From Clostridia bacterium (GTDB lineage Bacteria > Bacillota > Clostridia > Oscillospirales > CAG-272): a stretch of 61,011 nt of DNA. This document shows positions 9,855 through 19,554 of the stretch, piece after piece (within the stretch, counting starts at the first letter, position 1; the number at the start of each line of letters is the position of its first letter). A program made the translations under genes and the position numbers. The stretch covers positions 1-61,011 of the forward strand of contig JAQYLJ010000052.1 in the NCBI GenBank assembly GCA_028720145.1, read 5' to 3'. The notes beneath the pieces were generated by a model. The model did no database searches. It saw only the letters and a list, made by a program, of their open reading frames with translations, and had not been told where the DNA came from.

Positions 9855-10772
9855 ATGGAGAGACGCTATCGCACCGCCTCGGAGCAGTTTTCCGAGCTCT
9901 TCGGAGGGAAGACCTATAAGATTTCTCTCTCGGGCGGCATGACCTGCCCGACGAGGGACGGGCATCTCGACACGCGCGGGTGTATCTTCTGCTCTGCGGG
10001 CGGGAGCGGGGAGTTCGCCGAGCCGTATGACGGGTGCCTCGCATCGCAGATCGAGCGCGCCAAAGCGCGGGTACGCAAAAAAGCGGGGGAGCACCCCCGC
10101 TACCTCGCGTATTTTCAGAGTTATACCAATACCTATGCTCCGACTGCATATCTCCGTACCCTGTATGAAGCCGCCCTCGCCGCCCCCGACATTGTCGGTC
10201 TCTCGGTGGCGACCCGCCCCGATTGTCTGGAAGAGACCACGCTCGACCTGCTCGGGGAACTCGCGCGCCGCGTCCCCGTCTTTGTCGAACTCGGACTGCA
10301 AACCACCTGTTCACGCTCGGTCGCGTATATCCGCCGCGGGTACCCGACCGAGGTCTATGACCGTGCGATGACCGCACTCAAACAGCGGGGCATCCATACC
10401 GTCACCCACATCATCTTCGGTCTTCCGGGAGAGACAAGGGAGGACATGATGGCGACCGTGCGCCATGCGGCGGAGATGGGGAGCGAGGGGGTCAAACTGC
10501 AACTCTTGCAGGTGCTCGCGGGCACCGACCTCGCCGAGGACTACCGTGCGGGGAAGTTCGCGACTCTGACGCCCGAGGAATACTATTCGCTTGTCGGCGA
10601 GGCGCTCACCCTCCTCCCTGCGGACACCGTGATTCACCGTCTGACGGGCGACCCGCCGAAGCGCCTGCTCATTGCGCCCCTCTGGGCGGCGGACAAAAAG
10701 CGCGTCCGCGCCGACATGGCGCGGTACTTTGACGAGCACGATATCCGCGCGGGGAGCCGATATGACAAATAA
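9855..10772 (+). CDS. TIGR01212/YhcC-family radical SAM protein
   Basis: TCPTRDG..GCIFC, YFQSYTNTY, TRPDC, ELGLQT, IHRLTGD. Confidence 0.9.
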   Translation: MERRYRTASEQFSELFGGKTYKISLSGGMTCPTRDGHLDTRGCIFCSAGGSGEFAEPYDGCLASQIERAKARVRKKAGEHPRYLAYFQSYTNTYAPTAYLRTLYEAALAAPDIVGLSVATRPDCLEETTLDLLGELARRVPVFVELGLQTTCSRSVAYIRRGYPTEVYDRAMTALKQRGIHTVTHIIFGLPGETREDMMATVRHAAEMGSEGVKLQLLQVLAGTDLAEDYRAGKFATLTPEEYYSLVGEALTLLPADTVIHRLTGDPPKRLLIAPLWAADKKRVRADMARYFDEHDIRAGSRYDK

Positions 10773-10876
10773 ACAGCGCGTTGCCGGAAAATGTAGGCAA
10801 CGCGCCGTATTTTTTTGATAAAAACCGAAGACACGAAAGCCGTGCTTACGGGAAGTGAAAATGATGAAATCGGTGT

Positions 10877-11794
10877 TTACGAAATCGACGAAATATCGTA
10901 GGGCGTCGACTGATAGACGAAGTAGTTCAGCCAGTTGGAGAAGAGCAGATTCGCCGCCGAGCGCCAGGTGACGATCGGCTCTTTCGTCGGGTCGTCCGCG
11001 GGAAAATAGTTGCGCGGCACCGGAGTCGACGGGTCGAGGGCACTGTCGCGCAGATACTCTTTTTTGAGGGTGTCGGGGTCGTATTCTCCGTGCCCTGTCA
11101 AAAAGATTTGTCTGCCGTGGCGCGCGGTGACGGCATAGACACCCGCCTCGCGGGAGGATGCGAGAATTTTGAGATCGGGGACCCGCTCGATGTCCGCACG
11201 GTCGATCCCGGTATAACGCGAGTGCGGGGCATAGAAAATGTCATCGAAACCGCGGAAGAGCATGGAGCGCTTGTATTCCACTTCATGCGGGAAAATGCCC
11301 GAGAGTTTCGCGTCGAGCATTTTTTTCGGGATGCCGTAGTGATAGTAGAGCCCTGCCTGCGCCCCCCAGCAGATATGGAGCGTGCTGTACACATGGGTCT
11401 TCGACCACTCCATAATCTCCGCGAGTTCCCCCCAGTATTCGACCTCTTCAAATGCCATGCGCTCGACGGGCGCACCCGTGATGACGAGACCGTCATAATT
11501 GTTATGTTTCACCTCGTCGAAGGTGCGGTAGAACGCATCGAGATGGCTCTCGGGGGTGTTCTTGGATATGTGGGTCTTGGTGTGGAGCAGTTCCATCTCC
11601 ACTTGGAGCGGGGTGTTCCCGAGGAGACGCGAAAATTGGGTCTCGGTCTCCACTTTGGTGGGCATCAGGTTGAGGAGCAGGATTTTCAGAGGGCGAATGT
11701 CCTGTGCCGCGGCGCGGGTCTCTTTCATCACGAAAATGTTTTCTTCTTCGAGAATCTTGACCGCGGGCAGTTCATTCGGAATCTTGATAGGCAT
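10877..11794 (-). CDS. metA: Homoserine O-acyltransferase, probably acetyl-CoA dependent
   Basis: [32 protein letters not shown] has the Glu associated with acetyl specificity. Confidence 0.95.
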   Translation of the reverse strand: MPIKIPNELPAVKILEEENIFVMKETRAAAQDIRPLKILLLNLMPTKVETETQFSRLLGNTPLQVEMELLHTKTHISKNTPESHLDAFYRTFDEVKHNNYDGLVITGAPVERMAFEEVEYWGELAEIMEWSKTHVYSTLHICWGAQAGLYYHYGIPKKMLDAKLSGIFPHEVEYKRSMLFRGFDDIFYAPHSRYTGIDRADIERVPDLKILASSREAGVYAVTARHGRQIFLTGHGEYDPDTLKKEYLRDSALDPSTPVPRNYFPADDPTKEPIVTWRSAANLLFSNWLNYFVYQSTPYDISSIS

Positions 11795-11795
11795 T

Positions 11796-13088
11796 TCAGT
11801 TTTCCTTTACGGCGGCGAGCGCCTGTTCGAGGTCGGCGATGAGGTCTTCTGCCGCCTCGATTCCGCAGGAGTAGCGGATGAGGTCGGGGGAGACCCCTGC
11901 GGCAATCAGTTCTTCATCGGTCATCTGCCGATGGGTGGCGTTCGCAGGATGGAGACAGCAGGTGCGCGCGTCCGCGACATGGGTCTCGATGGCGGCGAGT
12001 TTCAGATGTTTCATCATGGTCTCCGCCGCGGCTCTCCCGCCCTTGACACCGAAACTTACGACCCCGCAGGAGCCGTTCGGCAGATATCTCTGCTGTTTTT
12101 CGTGATAGGGGTCGCCCTCGAGGTCGGGGTAGTGCACCCAAGATATCTTCGGATGGTTTTGCAGATACTTCGCCACTGCCAGCCCGTTCGCGGTGTGCTG
12201 TTTCATGCGGAGGTGTAAGCTTTCCAGCCCGAGGTTCAGAAGGTACGCGCTCTGCGGCGATTGGGTACAGCCGAAGTCGCGCATGAGCTGTGCCGTGGCT
12301 TTGGTGATGTACGCCCCCGCGAGCCCGAATCGCTCGGTGTAGGTGATTCCGTGATAGCTGTCGTCGGGGGTGCACAGACCCGGGAACTTGTCGGGGTATT
12401 TTGTCCAGTCGAATTTCCCCGAGTCGATGACAGCACCGCCGACGGCGGAGCCGTGCCCGTCCATGTACTTGGTCGTGGAGTGGGTGACGATGTCCGCGCC
12501 GAACTCGATGGGACGGCAGTTCACGGGGGTCGCGAAGGTGTTGTCGATGATGAGCGGCACGCCGTGACGGTGCGCGACCTTCGCGAAGAGTTCGATGTCG
12601 AGCACGGTCAGCGAGGGATTGGAGATGGTCTCGCCGAAGACCGCCTTGGTGTTCGGGCGGAACGCCGCCTCGAGTTCCTCTTCGGTCGCATCGGGCGCGA
12701 CAAAGGTGAAGTCCACACCCATGCGCCGCATGGTGACATGGAAGAGGTTATAGGTCCCGCCGTAGATGTGCGCGGAGCAGACCACATGGTCGCCGCAACC
12801 CGCGATGTTGAAGACGGCGAAGAAGTTCGCCGCCTGACCCGAGGAGGTCAGCATCCCTGCGGTACCGCCTTCGAGCGCGGTGATTTTCGCCGCGACACGG
12901 TCACAGGTCGGGTTCTGCAGACGGGAGTAGAAATACCCGCTCGCTTCAAGGTCGAAGAGTTTCCCCATATCTTCGCTGGTCTCATAGCGGAAAGTGGTGG
13001 ACTGAATGATCGGGATTTGGCGGGGTTCTCCGTTCCCCGGGGTGTAGCCGCCTTGGACGCAGACGGTTTCGACAGATTGCTGTTTCAC
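11796..13088 (-). CDS. metY: O-acetylhomoserine aminocarboxypropyltransferase (sulfhydrylase)
   Basis: [22 protein letters not shown] (PLP lysine), [12 protein letters not shown] start at 13088 with AAGGAG RBS. Confidence 0.9.
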   Translation of the reverse strand: MKQQSVETVCVQGGYTPGNGEPRQIPIIQSTTFRYETSEDMGKLFDLEASGYFYSRLQNPTCDRVAAKITALEGGTAGMLTSSGQAANFFAVFNIAGCGDHVVCSAHIYGGTYNLFHVTMRRMGVDFTFVAPDATEEELEAAFRPNTKAVFGETISNPSLTVLDIELFAKVAHRHGVPLIIDNTFATPVNCRPIEFGADIVTHSTTKYMDGHGSAVGGAVIDSGKFDWTKYPDKFPGLCTPDDSYHGITYTERFGLAGAYITKATAQLMRDFGCTQSPQSAYLLNLGLESLHLRMKQHTANGLAVAKYLQNHPKISWVHYPDLEGDPYHEKQQRYLPNGSCGVVSFGVKGGRAAAETMMKHLKLAAIETHVADARTCCLHPANATHRQMTDEELIAAGVSPDLIRYSCGIEAAEDLIADLEQALAAVKEN

Positions 13089-13164
13089 GGCAAAGTCTCC
13101 TTTCGGTTTCCCATGTGATTTTTGAATACTTGTCCCGAGGGGTGGGGCAGGCGGAACCCGCGAG

Positions 13165-13416
13165 AAAAACAAAAAAGCACCCGTCTCGTTCTTTGAGACG
13201 GATGACTCCGCGGTACCACTCAAATTCACGGAAATTTCCGTGCCCTCAGGCGCTGACACGCCCCGACGCAGTTTCGCGCGTCAAACGGGAGACCCTACCC
13301 GACGAATCGCTCGAATCTCCGGCTCAGAAGCCATAGACCGTTACCGCTCGACCATCGGCTCGCACCGCCCGCCGATTCTCTGTGCGCCTTGTGGTAGGGT
13401 CCTCTTCCTCAACGCC
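13165..13416 (-). promoter_or_regulatory. T-box riboswitch, Met specifier (ATG), controlling metY-metA
   Basis: AGAGA and GGTGCGA in Stem I; specifier context ggtc-tATGg-cttc (13332-13334); T-box AATTTGAGTGGTACCGCG (13209-13226); terminator 13165-13201. Promoter TTGACA (13455-13460)-17 bp-TATAAT (13432-13437). Confidence 0.92.
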
Positions 13417-13571
13417 TTGTAATTTGAACCTATTATATCGAACTCGCGTGGCGTTGTCAAGCACAATGTCAAAAAACGCGTACCCCGCGCTTTCCGTATC
13501 GCCGAGTTTTGAATCCGAATCCATTCATTAGAAATCCTATTCATATCCAAATATATAAGAAATATCAATTT

Positions 13572-13595
13572 AGCACTTTACTTTCTTAAAGCGCT
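13572..13595 (+). promoter_or_regulatory. Palindromic operator (HisR-box-like) just upstream of a TGnTATAAT -10
   Basis: AGCACTTTA-ctttct-TAAAGCGCT, directly upstream of the TrpR-like gene. Confidence 0.6.
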
Positions 13596-13668
13596 GTGCT
13601 ATAATCAGTATCATCAAGCAGAAAGAGCGGGGGAGAGGGAACCGATATGCCCCCCGCGGGAGGCATAT

Positions 13669-13986
13669 ATGGAGAAGAAAATCGACGCGCGCACCGAGAT
13701 GGAACTGCTGTACGGCGTGATGGCGACGCTCGACACCCCCGAGAAGGTGCGAATGTTTCTGTCGGACCTCTGCACCGATAACGAGCGCGAGAATATGGCA
13801 CAGCGAGTGGAGTCCGCCCGTCTGCTCCTCGAAGGGAAGACCTATCAGCAGGTCGCCGCGGCGGTCGAGATTTCCTCCGCGACCCTCAGTCGGGTGAATC
13901 GGTGTATCAAGCACGGAGAGGGCGGATACCGCGATCTTCTCGCCGCGTACCTCGATGGGACGAAACCCGAGGGGACATCCGACTGA
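13669..13986 (+). CDS. YerC/YecD TrpR-related regulator (HisR-like)
   Basis: FLSDLCT..E...MAQR, GKTYQQV, SSATLSRVNRC, GEGGYR; GGAGG RBS. Confidence 0.9.
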   Translation: MEKKIDARTEMELLYGVMATLDTPEKVRMFLSDLCTDNERENMAQRVESARLLLEGKTYQQVAAAVEISSATLSRVNRCIKHGEGGYRDLLAAYLDGTKPEGTSD

Positions 13987-14045
13987 TGCTCGTAAAGTTT
14001 TGGAACCCTCTTGACAATCCCCGCGTTCTCGTGTTATCATCAGTC

Positions 14046-14199
14046 GACCGCGTTGGATAAGAGAGTCCAAAGTCGAGGTGGATCACGCTTGACCGAGCGG
14101 AGTAGCTATGCGGTTGAAAATGGCCGCTTCTTTGAAAGCGGAGGGCTGTGAGGCTCCGTACTGAACCGTCCGAGAGATCGGTCGGTTCTTTCATTTTTT
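14046..14199 (+). ncRNA. Candidate structured small RNA A
   Basis: Promoter TTGACA (14011)-18 bp-TATCAT (14035) with extended TG; several hairpins; terminator 14163-14199; no credible ORF. Confidence 0.55.
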
Positions 14200-14298
14200 C
14201 CGTGCTTGTACTTCTAGCATAAGCACTATCGAAAAATCTGCTCGGCATTTTTGCGTTTTGCACTTGACAGTTTTCTGATTGCCTTATATAATAGTTTC

Positions 14299-14435
14299 AC
14301 ACTTCACTGGTGCTCCGACGAGGAGAGCCTCGGCATTGCGTAGAGGCCACGGGCAGAATCTTAGGTGATTTTAAGAGCTTCGGCTCCGGGTAGACTGCCT
14401 ACCGTCTTGACTTCGGTCGAGACGGTTTTCTTTTT
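14299..14435 (+). ncRNA. Candidate structured small RNA B
   Basis: Perfect TTGACA (14264)-17 bp-TATAAT (14287); two cUUCGg tetraloops; terminator 14401-14435; no credible ORF. Confidence 0.6.
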
Positions 14436-14539
14436 CGCCTATGGGGTCTTGACAAATCTATTGGCTTTTTGTGCCGAATATGCCGGAAGTTCCCCCTTGA
14501 CAAACCCGCATCGTTTGAGTATACTGTTCCTATCTGAAA

Positions 14540-14792
14540 TGCGAAGATGGTATTATGCTAAGGCATCCCCTCTCTTAAGAGACCTGTCGGTCGGTGCGAG
14601 ACAGGAAGAGGCGCCAAGGCAGTCTCGTACCGGAGCAGGGTCCCCGAATCGAGTAAGGGATTCCGGTTTGACCCCGTAATCGGTCATGGCTTGTCTGAGC
14701 CTTGAGTGGTCGCCTAGGGGCGACAATGTCGGGTGGTACCGTGGTTGCTATGCAATCATCCCGCAGAAGTTGTTTTGACTTCTGCGGTTTTT
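14540..14792 (+). promoter_or_regulatory. T-box riboswitch, Leu specifier (CTC)
   Basis: Promoter TTGACA (14497)-17 bp-TATACT (14520); AGAGA and GGTGCGA; specifier gcag-tCTCg-tacc (14624-14626); T-box GGGTGGTACCGTG (14731-14743); terminator 14761-14792. Confidence 0.88.
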
Positions 14793-14826
14793 GTATTTTC
14801 GGGAAATAACCAAAAAGGGGAAACAT

Positions 14827-16218
14827 ATGGAAAAGACGGAAATGAAACGGATTCTGGTGTCCGATAGGACCCTCTGCGACGGCGCGGTCATGCGGGAGCA
14901 GGGACTCTCGTTCCGCGAGCGTGCGAATGTCGCCGAGGCGCTGTTCGGGCTTGGGGTGGACGCGGTCGAACTGCCTGAGATCACCCGCCCGCGGGAGGAG
15001 ACGGTCATCAATCGCACGATCAGTCTCGCGGCGGGCGAGGTCATGGTGAAGATTCCCGTAGGTCTTACCGAAGAGTCGGTCACGACCGCCTATGAGAGTG
15101 TCCGTGAGGCGAAACGCCCCTGCCTTCAGGTGGTGTTGCCCGTCTCCACTTTGCAGATGGAGTACCGTTGCCATAAGAAAGCGAGAGGGATGCTGGAGGT
15201 CGCGGAGAGTTTGTTCCGCGCCGCCAAAGCCCGTTGTGAGACGGTCGAACTCGTAGCCGAGGACGCCTCCCGCGCGGACGCGCCGTTCCTTGCGTCCCTC
15301 ATCGAAAAAGCCAAAGCGTGCGGTGTGACCTCGGTCACCCTCTGCGATGATGCGGGAATTTGGCTCCCCTGCGAGGCGAAAGCGGCGGTCAAGGATGCGA
15401 CCGCATCGGGCATTGTAGTCTCGGTCAGACCCTCGTCGAAAATCGGCATGGCGGCGGCTGTCGCCCTCGCCGCTGTCCGCGCGGGTGCCACAGGGGTCGT
15501 GACCACGGTCTCGGGAGACGGGCTCACCTCCGCCGCCTTCTCCGACCTCGTGCGTGCACGCGGAGAAGAAATCGGAGTGTCCTGCGCGCTCCGCGAGACG
15601 GGGATTCACAGCGACCTCGAACGGCTGAAGAGTGGTCTCGACGCGGGTGCCGCGGGCGCGTCCTCGCGTACCGATGCCCGTATCCGCCTGACGGGGGACG
15701 CGACTTTGAGGGAGGTCGCCGCCGCTTGTATCTCCCTCGGCTATGAACTCTCGGATAATGACCTCGGCGAGGTGCATCGCGAGGTACAGCGGGTCGCCGC
15801 AAAGAAAGAGCAGATCGGCACACGCGAACTCGAAGCCATCGTCGCCACCGCCGCCATGCAGGTACCCTCGACCTATCATCTCGAAAGCTATGTCGTCTCG
15901 TCGGGGAATGTCATTTCCGCGATGGCGCAACTCACCCTCACCTATAAAGACCGTACCCTCTCGGGCGTGAGCATGGGAGACGGTCCCATCGATGCCGCGT
16001 TCCGCGCGATTGAGCAGATCGCGGGACACCGCTATGAACTCGACGATTTCCAGATTCAGTCGGTCACGAGCGGAAAGGGCGCGGTCGGCAGCGCACTCGT
16101 CAAACTCCGTCAGGGCGGGAAACTCTATTCCGGACAGGGGATCTCGACCGACATCATCGGCGCGAGCATCCGCGCCTACCTCAACGCGCTGAATAAGATT
16201 ATCTACGAGGAAGCATAA
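14827..16218 (+). CDS. LeuA (2-isopropylmalate synthase)-like protein with degenerate catalytic barrel and intact allosteric domain
   Basis: AEDASRAD and C-terminal GDGPIDAAF / STDIIGASIRAYLNALNK are LeuA-like. DTTLRDG reads DRTLCDG, HCHND reads RPSSK, and GERAGN is absent. Confidence 0.8.
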   Translation: MEKTEMKRILVSDRTLCDGAVMREQGLSFRERANVAEALFGLGVDAVELPEITRPREETVINRTISLAAGEVMVKIPVGLTEESVTTAYESVREAKRPCLQVVLPVSTLQMEYRCHKKARGMLEVAESLFRAAKARCETVELVAEDASRADAPFLASLIEKAKACGVTSVTLCDDAGIWLPCEAKAAVKDATASGIVVSVRPSSKIGMAAAVALAAVRAGATGVVTTVSGDGLTSAAFSDLVRARGEEIGVSCALRETGIHSDLERLKSGLDAGAAGASSRTDARIRLTGDATLREVAAACISLGYELSDNDLGEVHREVQRVAAKKEQIGTRELEAIVATAAMQVPSTYHLESYVVSSGNVISAMAQLTLTYKDRTLSGVSMGDGPIDAAFRAIEQIAGHRYELDDFQIQSVTSGKGAVGSALVKLRQGGKLYSGQGISTDIIGASIRAYLNALNKIIYEEA

Positions 16219-16219
16219 G

Positions 16220-18667
16220 ATGAGACTTTCTTTCTCTTCGGATCAAGTAAATGCGCCCTCTTTCCTGTCGCTCTGCTCGACCGCGGCGGAATACGGCTAT
16301 GAGGGGGTCGAACTCTACGACCTCGCGCAGGTGAGGGAACTGCCGGACGGCCTGTTCGGGGACGACCCCGCAGGCGCGAGACGGAAACTCCGCAACCGTC
16401 GGGTTTCGGCGGTCGCGCTCACCTATCCGCTCCCCGTCGACGATACCGAAGTCTCGCGGGAGGCGGTCGAGGACTATATTGCCGCCGCCACCGAGGCGGG
16501 TATCCCCTATGTCATTGTGCGCGTCGCCGACGGCGTGAAGCCCGAAGTCCTCGCCGCCGCTTTGAGAAATGCCGCACGGACCGCGGCGAAACAGGAGGTG
16601 AAAATCCTCTTCGAGACGGTCGGCGAACTCGCGCATACCGAACGCCTGATTTCCATTCTGCACGCCTTCGCCTGTGACGGGGTCGGGGCGGCGTGGAATA
16701 TCCGCGCCACCTATTTCGAGGGTGGCGAGGGTGCCGAGGATACCATCACCACGCTCGGCGCGTATATCTCCTATGTCCGTCTCGGTGACCGCAAGAACGG
16801 TGCCGACTGCCTCATCGGGGACGGGGAACTCCCTCTCCGCGATTTTGTCAGCGCGCTCCGCTCTCTGAACTATGACGGCTATGCCGCCTGCGATACCGCG
16901 GACATTGAGGATTATGACCTACTCTTCACTCACTATGCCGCCACGTTGCGCCGCCTGACCGAGGGCGAGAAAAAAGCGATTTTGCAGAAGAACCGCTCAG
17001 GGACGGGGACCTTCCCGTGGAAGAAGTATGAAGTCGTGGACAAGACCTTTTCGCAGGTGCTCGACACTATGGTGGAACTCTATCCCGACCAGTACGCGTT
17101 CCGTTACCCCACTTTGGATTATACCCGCACCTACCGCGAGTTCCGCGACGATGTGGACCGTGTCGCGGCGGGGCTGATTTCCCTCGGTGTGAAGCCCGGA
17201 TTCCATGTCGCCATCTGGGCGACCAATGTCCCCGCGTGGTTCCTCACTTTCTGGGCGGCGGTGAAGATAGGCGCGGTGCTCGTCACCGTCAATACCGCGT
17301 ATAAGATTCAGGAGGCGGAATATCTGCTCCGTCAGTCGGACACCCATACCCTCGTGATGATTGAGAACTGTAAGGATTCCGACTATCGCGGCATCATGCA
17401 GGAGCTCTGCCCCGAACTCGCAAACATGGAGCCGGGAGACCCGCTCTATTCCGAGAAACTGCCGTTCCTCCGCCATATCGTCACCGTCGGCTTCTCCATG
17501 CCGGGGGCTCTGACATGGGAGGGACTGCTCGATCGCGCGGACACGGTTCCGCAGGAAGAGGTGCGCCGTCTCGCCGCGGGCGTGAAACCCGACGATGTCG
17601 TGAATATGCAGTACACCTCGGGTACCACGGGCTTCCCGAAAGGGGTCATGCTCACCCATCGGAATATCGTCAATAACGGCAAGATCATCGGCGACCGCAT
17701 GGATCTCTCCACCGCCGACCGCATGATGGTGCAGGTGCCGATGTTCCATTGTTTCGGCATGGTTCTGACCATGACCTCCATCATGACCCACGGCGGCACT
17801 CTCTGTCCGCTCCCGTATTTCTCTCCGAAGTCCTCGCTCGCCTGCGTGACCGAGGAGAAGATCACCTGCTTTAACGGTGTCCCTACTATGTTCATCGCCA
17901 TGTTCGCCCACGAGAATTTCGCCACGACCGATTTCTCGCATGTGCGGACGGGCATCATGGCGGGCTCGAACTGCCCCCCGGACCTCATGCGCCGCGCCGC
18001 GCGGGAGATGAACATGACCGAGATCATCAGCGTCTACGGGCAGACCGAGGCGGCGCCCGGCTGTACCATGGGGGAGGTCACCGAGGACCTCGACCACCGC
18101 GTCGAGACGGTCGGGACGGCTTTCCCGGGCGTGGAGTGTAAAATCATTGACCCCGAGACGGGACTCGACGTGCCCGACGGGCAGAACGGCGAGTTTGTCG
18201 CCCGCGGATTCAATATCATGAAAGGGTATTACAAGATGCCCCGCGCCACCGCCGCCACCATCGATAAGGACGGCTGGCTCCATTCGGGGGACATCTGTTG
18301 CCGCACCGAGGACGGGTATTACCGCGTGACCGGTCGTCTCAAGGACATGATTATCCGCGGCGGGGAGAACCTCTATCCGCGTGAAATCGAGGAGTTCTAT
18401 CTCACCCACCCGAAAGTGCGGGATGTGCAGGTCGTCGGGGTCCCCGATGCCCGCTACGGGGAAGAGGCGTGCGCTTGGATTATCCTCCATGACGGCGAGA
18501 CGGCGGACGAGGAGGAGATGCGCGCATTCGGACGCGCCCATATCGCCACCCATAAGGTGCCGCGGTACTTCGTCTTTGTCGACACCTTCCCGATGAACGC
18601 CGCAGGGAAAATTCAGAAGTATAAGATGCGCGAGATCATGTGCGAAAAGTTGGGTCTCAAACAGTAA
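16220..18667 (+). CDS. Acyl-CoA synthetase with N-terminal xylose-isomerase-like TIM-barrel domain
   Basis: YTSGTTGFPKG, YGQTE, WLHSGD, GRLKDMIIRGGEN, AGKIQK. The first ~250 aa resemble AP-endonuclease-2/sugar-isomerase barrels (YGYEGVEL, IGDGELP, YDGY). Confidence 0.88.
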   Translation: MRLSFSSDQVNAPSFLSLCSTAAEYGYEGVELYDLAQVRELPDGLFGDDPAGARRKLRNRRVSAVALTYPLPVDDTEVSREAVEDYIAAATEAGIPYVIVRVADGVKPEVLAAALRNAARTAAKQEVKILFETVGELAHTERLISILHAFACDGVGAAWNIRATYFEGGEGAEDTITTLGAYISYVRLGDRKNGADCLIGDGELPLRDFVSALRSLNYDGYAACDTADIEDYDLLFTHYAATLRRLTEGEKKAILQKNRSGTGTFPWKKYEVVDKTFSQVLDTMVELYPDQYAFRYPTLDYTRTYREFRDDVDRVAAGLISLGVKPGFHVAIWATNVPAWFLTFWAAVKIGAVLVTVNTAYKIQEAEYLLRQSDTHTLVMIENCKDSDYRGIMQELCPELANMEPGDPLYSEKLPFLRHIVTVGFSMPGALTWEGLLDRADTVPQEEVRRLAAGVKPDDVVNMQYTSGTTGFPKGVMLTHRNIVNNGKIIGDRMDLSTADRMMVQVPMFHCFGMVLTMTSIMTHGGTLCPLPYFSPKSSLACVTEEKITCFNGVPTMFIAMFAHENFATTDFSHVRTGIMAGSNCPPDLMRRAAREMNMTEIISVYGQTEAAPGCTMGEVTEDLDHRVETVGTAFPGVECKIIDPETGLDVPDGQNGEFVARGFNIMKGYYKMPRATAATIDKDGWLHSGDICCRTEDGYYRVTGRLKDMIIRGGENLYPREIEEFYLTHPKVRDVQVVGVPDARYGEEACAWIILHDGETADEEEMRAFGRAHIATHKVPRYFVFVDTFPMNAAGKIQKYKMREIMCEKLGLKQ

Positions 18668-18682
18668 CGAAAAGAAGAGATT

Positions 18683-19492
18683 ATGAGACAGGTTATCGAT
18701 TGCCATTGTCATATTTATCCCGATAAGATCGCCGCGAAGGCGGCGGGGAATACGGGGAAGTTCTACGATATTCCCATGCGGTACGACGGGCGGCTCTCGA
18801 CCATGCTCGAAGCAGGCGAGGCGGCGGGGATCACGCGCTACTTGGTTTTCTCGGTCGCGACCACGCCCGCCCAGACCGCGTCCATCAACCGCTATATCGC
18901 CGACACGGTCGCCGCGTACCCCGACCGTATGCTGGGACTGGGGACCATGCACCCCGATGAGGAGAACCCCGCCGCCGTGGCAGACGAGATTCTCGCTCTG
19001 GGGCTCAGGGGTCTCAAACTCCACCCCGATATTCAGGGGGTCGCGCTTGACGACCCGCGGTGTATGCGGATTTTCGAGGTGTGCGAGGGGCGGCTCCCCG
19101 TGCTCTTGCATACGGGGGATAAACGTTATCGGTATTCCAACCCCGAGGAATTGATCCCAGTTCTGAAAGCATTTCCGCGCCTGACGGTCATCGGCGCGCA
19201 CTTCGGCGGCTATTCGGTCTGGCAGGACGCGGCGGAGAAGCTCGCACCTTACTCCGGACTCTATGTCGACTGTTCCTCTTCGCTCTTTGCCATGACAAAC
19301 GAGGAAGGGAGACGGTTGGTGCGTCTTTGGGGCGCGGAGCGGGTGCTCTTCGGCACCGACTATCCCATGTGGGACCCCACCGAGGAACTCGCGCGTTTTG
19401 ATGCGATGGAACTTTCCGAGCGGGAGAGCGCGCTGATTCTCCATGAGAACGCCGAGCGCCTCTTCGGGTTCCCGCCTTGCGAGAACGCATAA
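18683..19492 (+). CDS. Amidohydrolase_2-family metal-dependent hydrolase
   Basis: IDCHCH, LKLHP, LHTGD, AHFGG, FGTDYP. Confidence 0.88.
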   Translation: MRQVIDCHCHIYPDKIAAKAAGNTGKFYDIPMRYDGRLSTMLEAGEAAGITRYLVFSVATTPAQTASINRYIADTVAAYPDRMLGLGTMHPDEENPAAVADEILALGLRGLKLHPDIQGVALDDPRCMRIFEVCEGRLPVLLHTGDKRYRYSNPEELIPVLKAFPRLTVIGAHFGGYSVWQDAAEKLAPYSGLYVDCSSSLFAMTNEEGRRLVRLWGAERVLFGTDYPMWDPTEELARFDAMELSERESALILHENAERLFGFPPCENA

Positions 19493-19554
19493 AAAAATCA
19501 CCGAAACGGCTTGACAAATTCCGAAAAGCATGGTATTCTTATCCCATCCAGAAA

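Noticed and set aside
14827-16218. Annotating as functional leuA, or as a pseudogene
   Set aside because: Catalytic motifs are missing, but the frame is intact and the regulatory domain is conserved.
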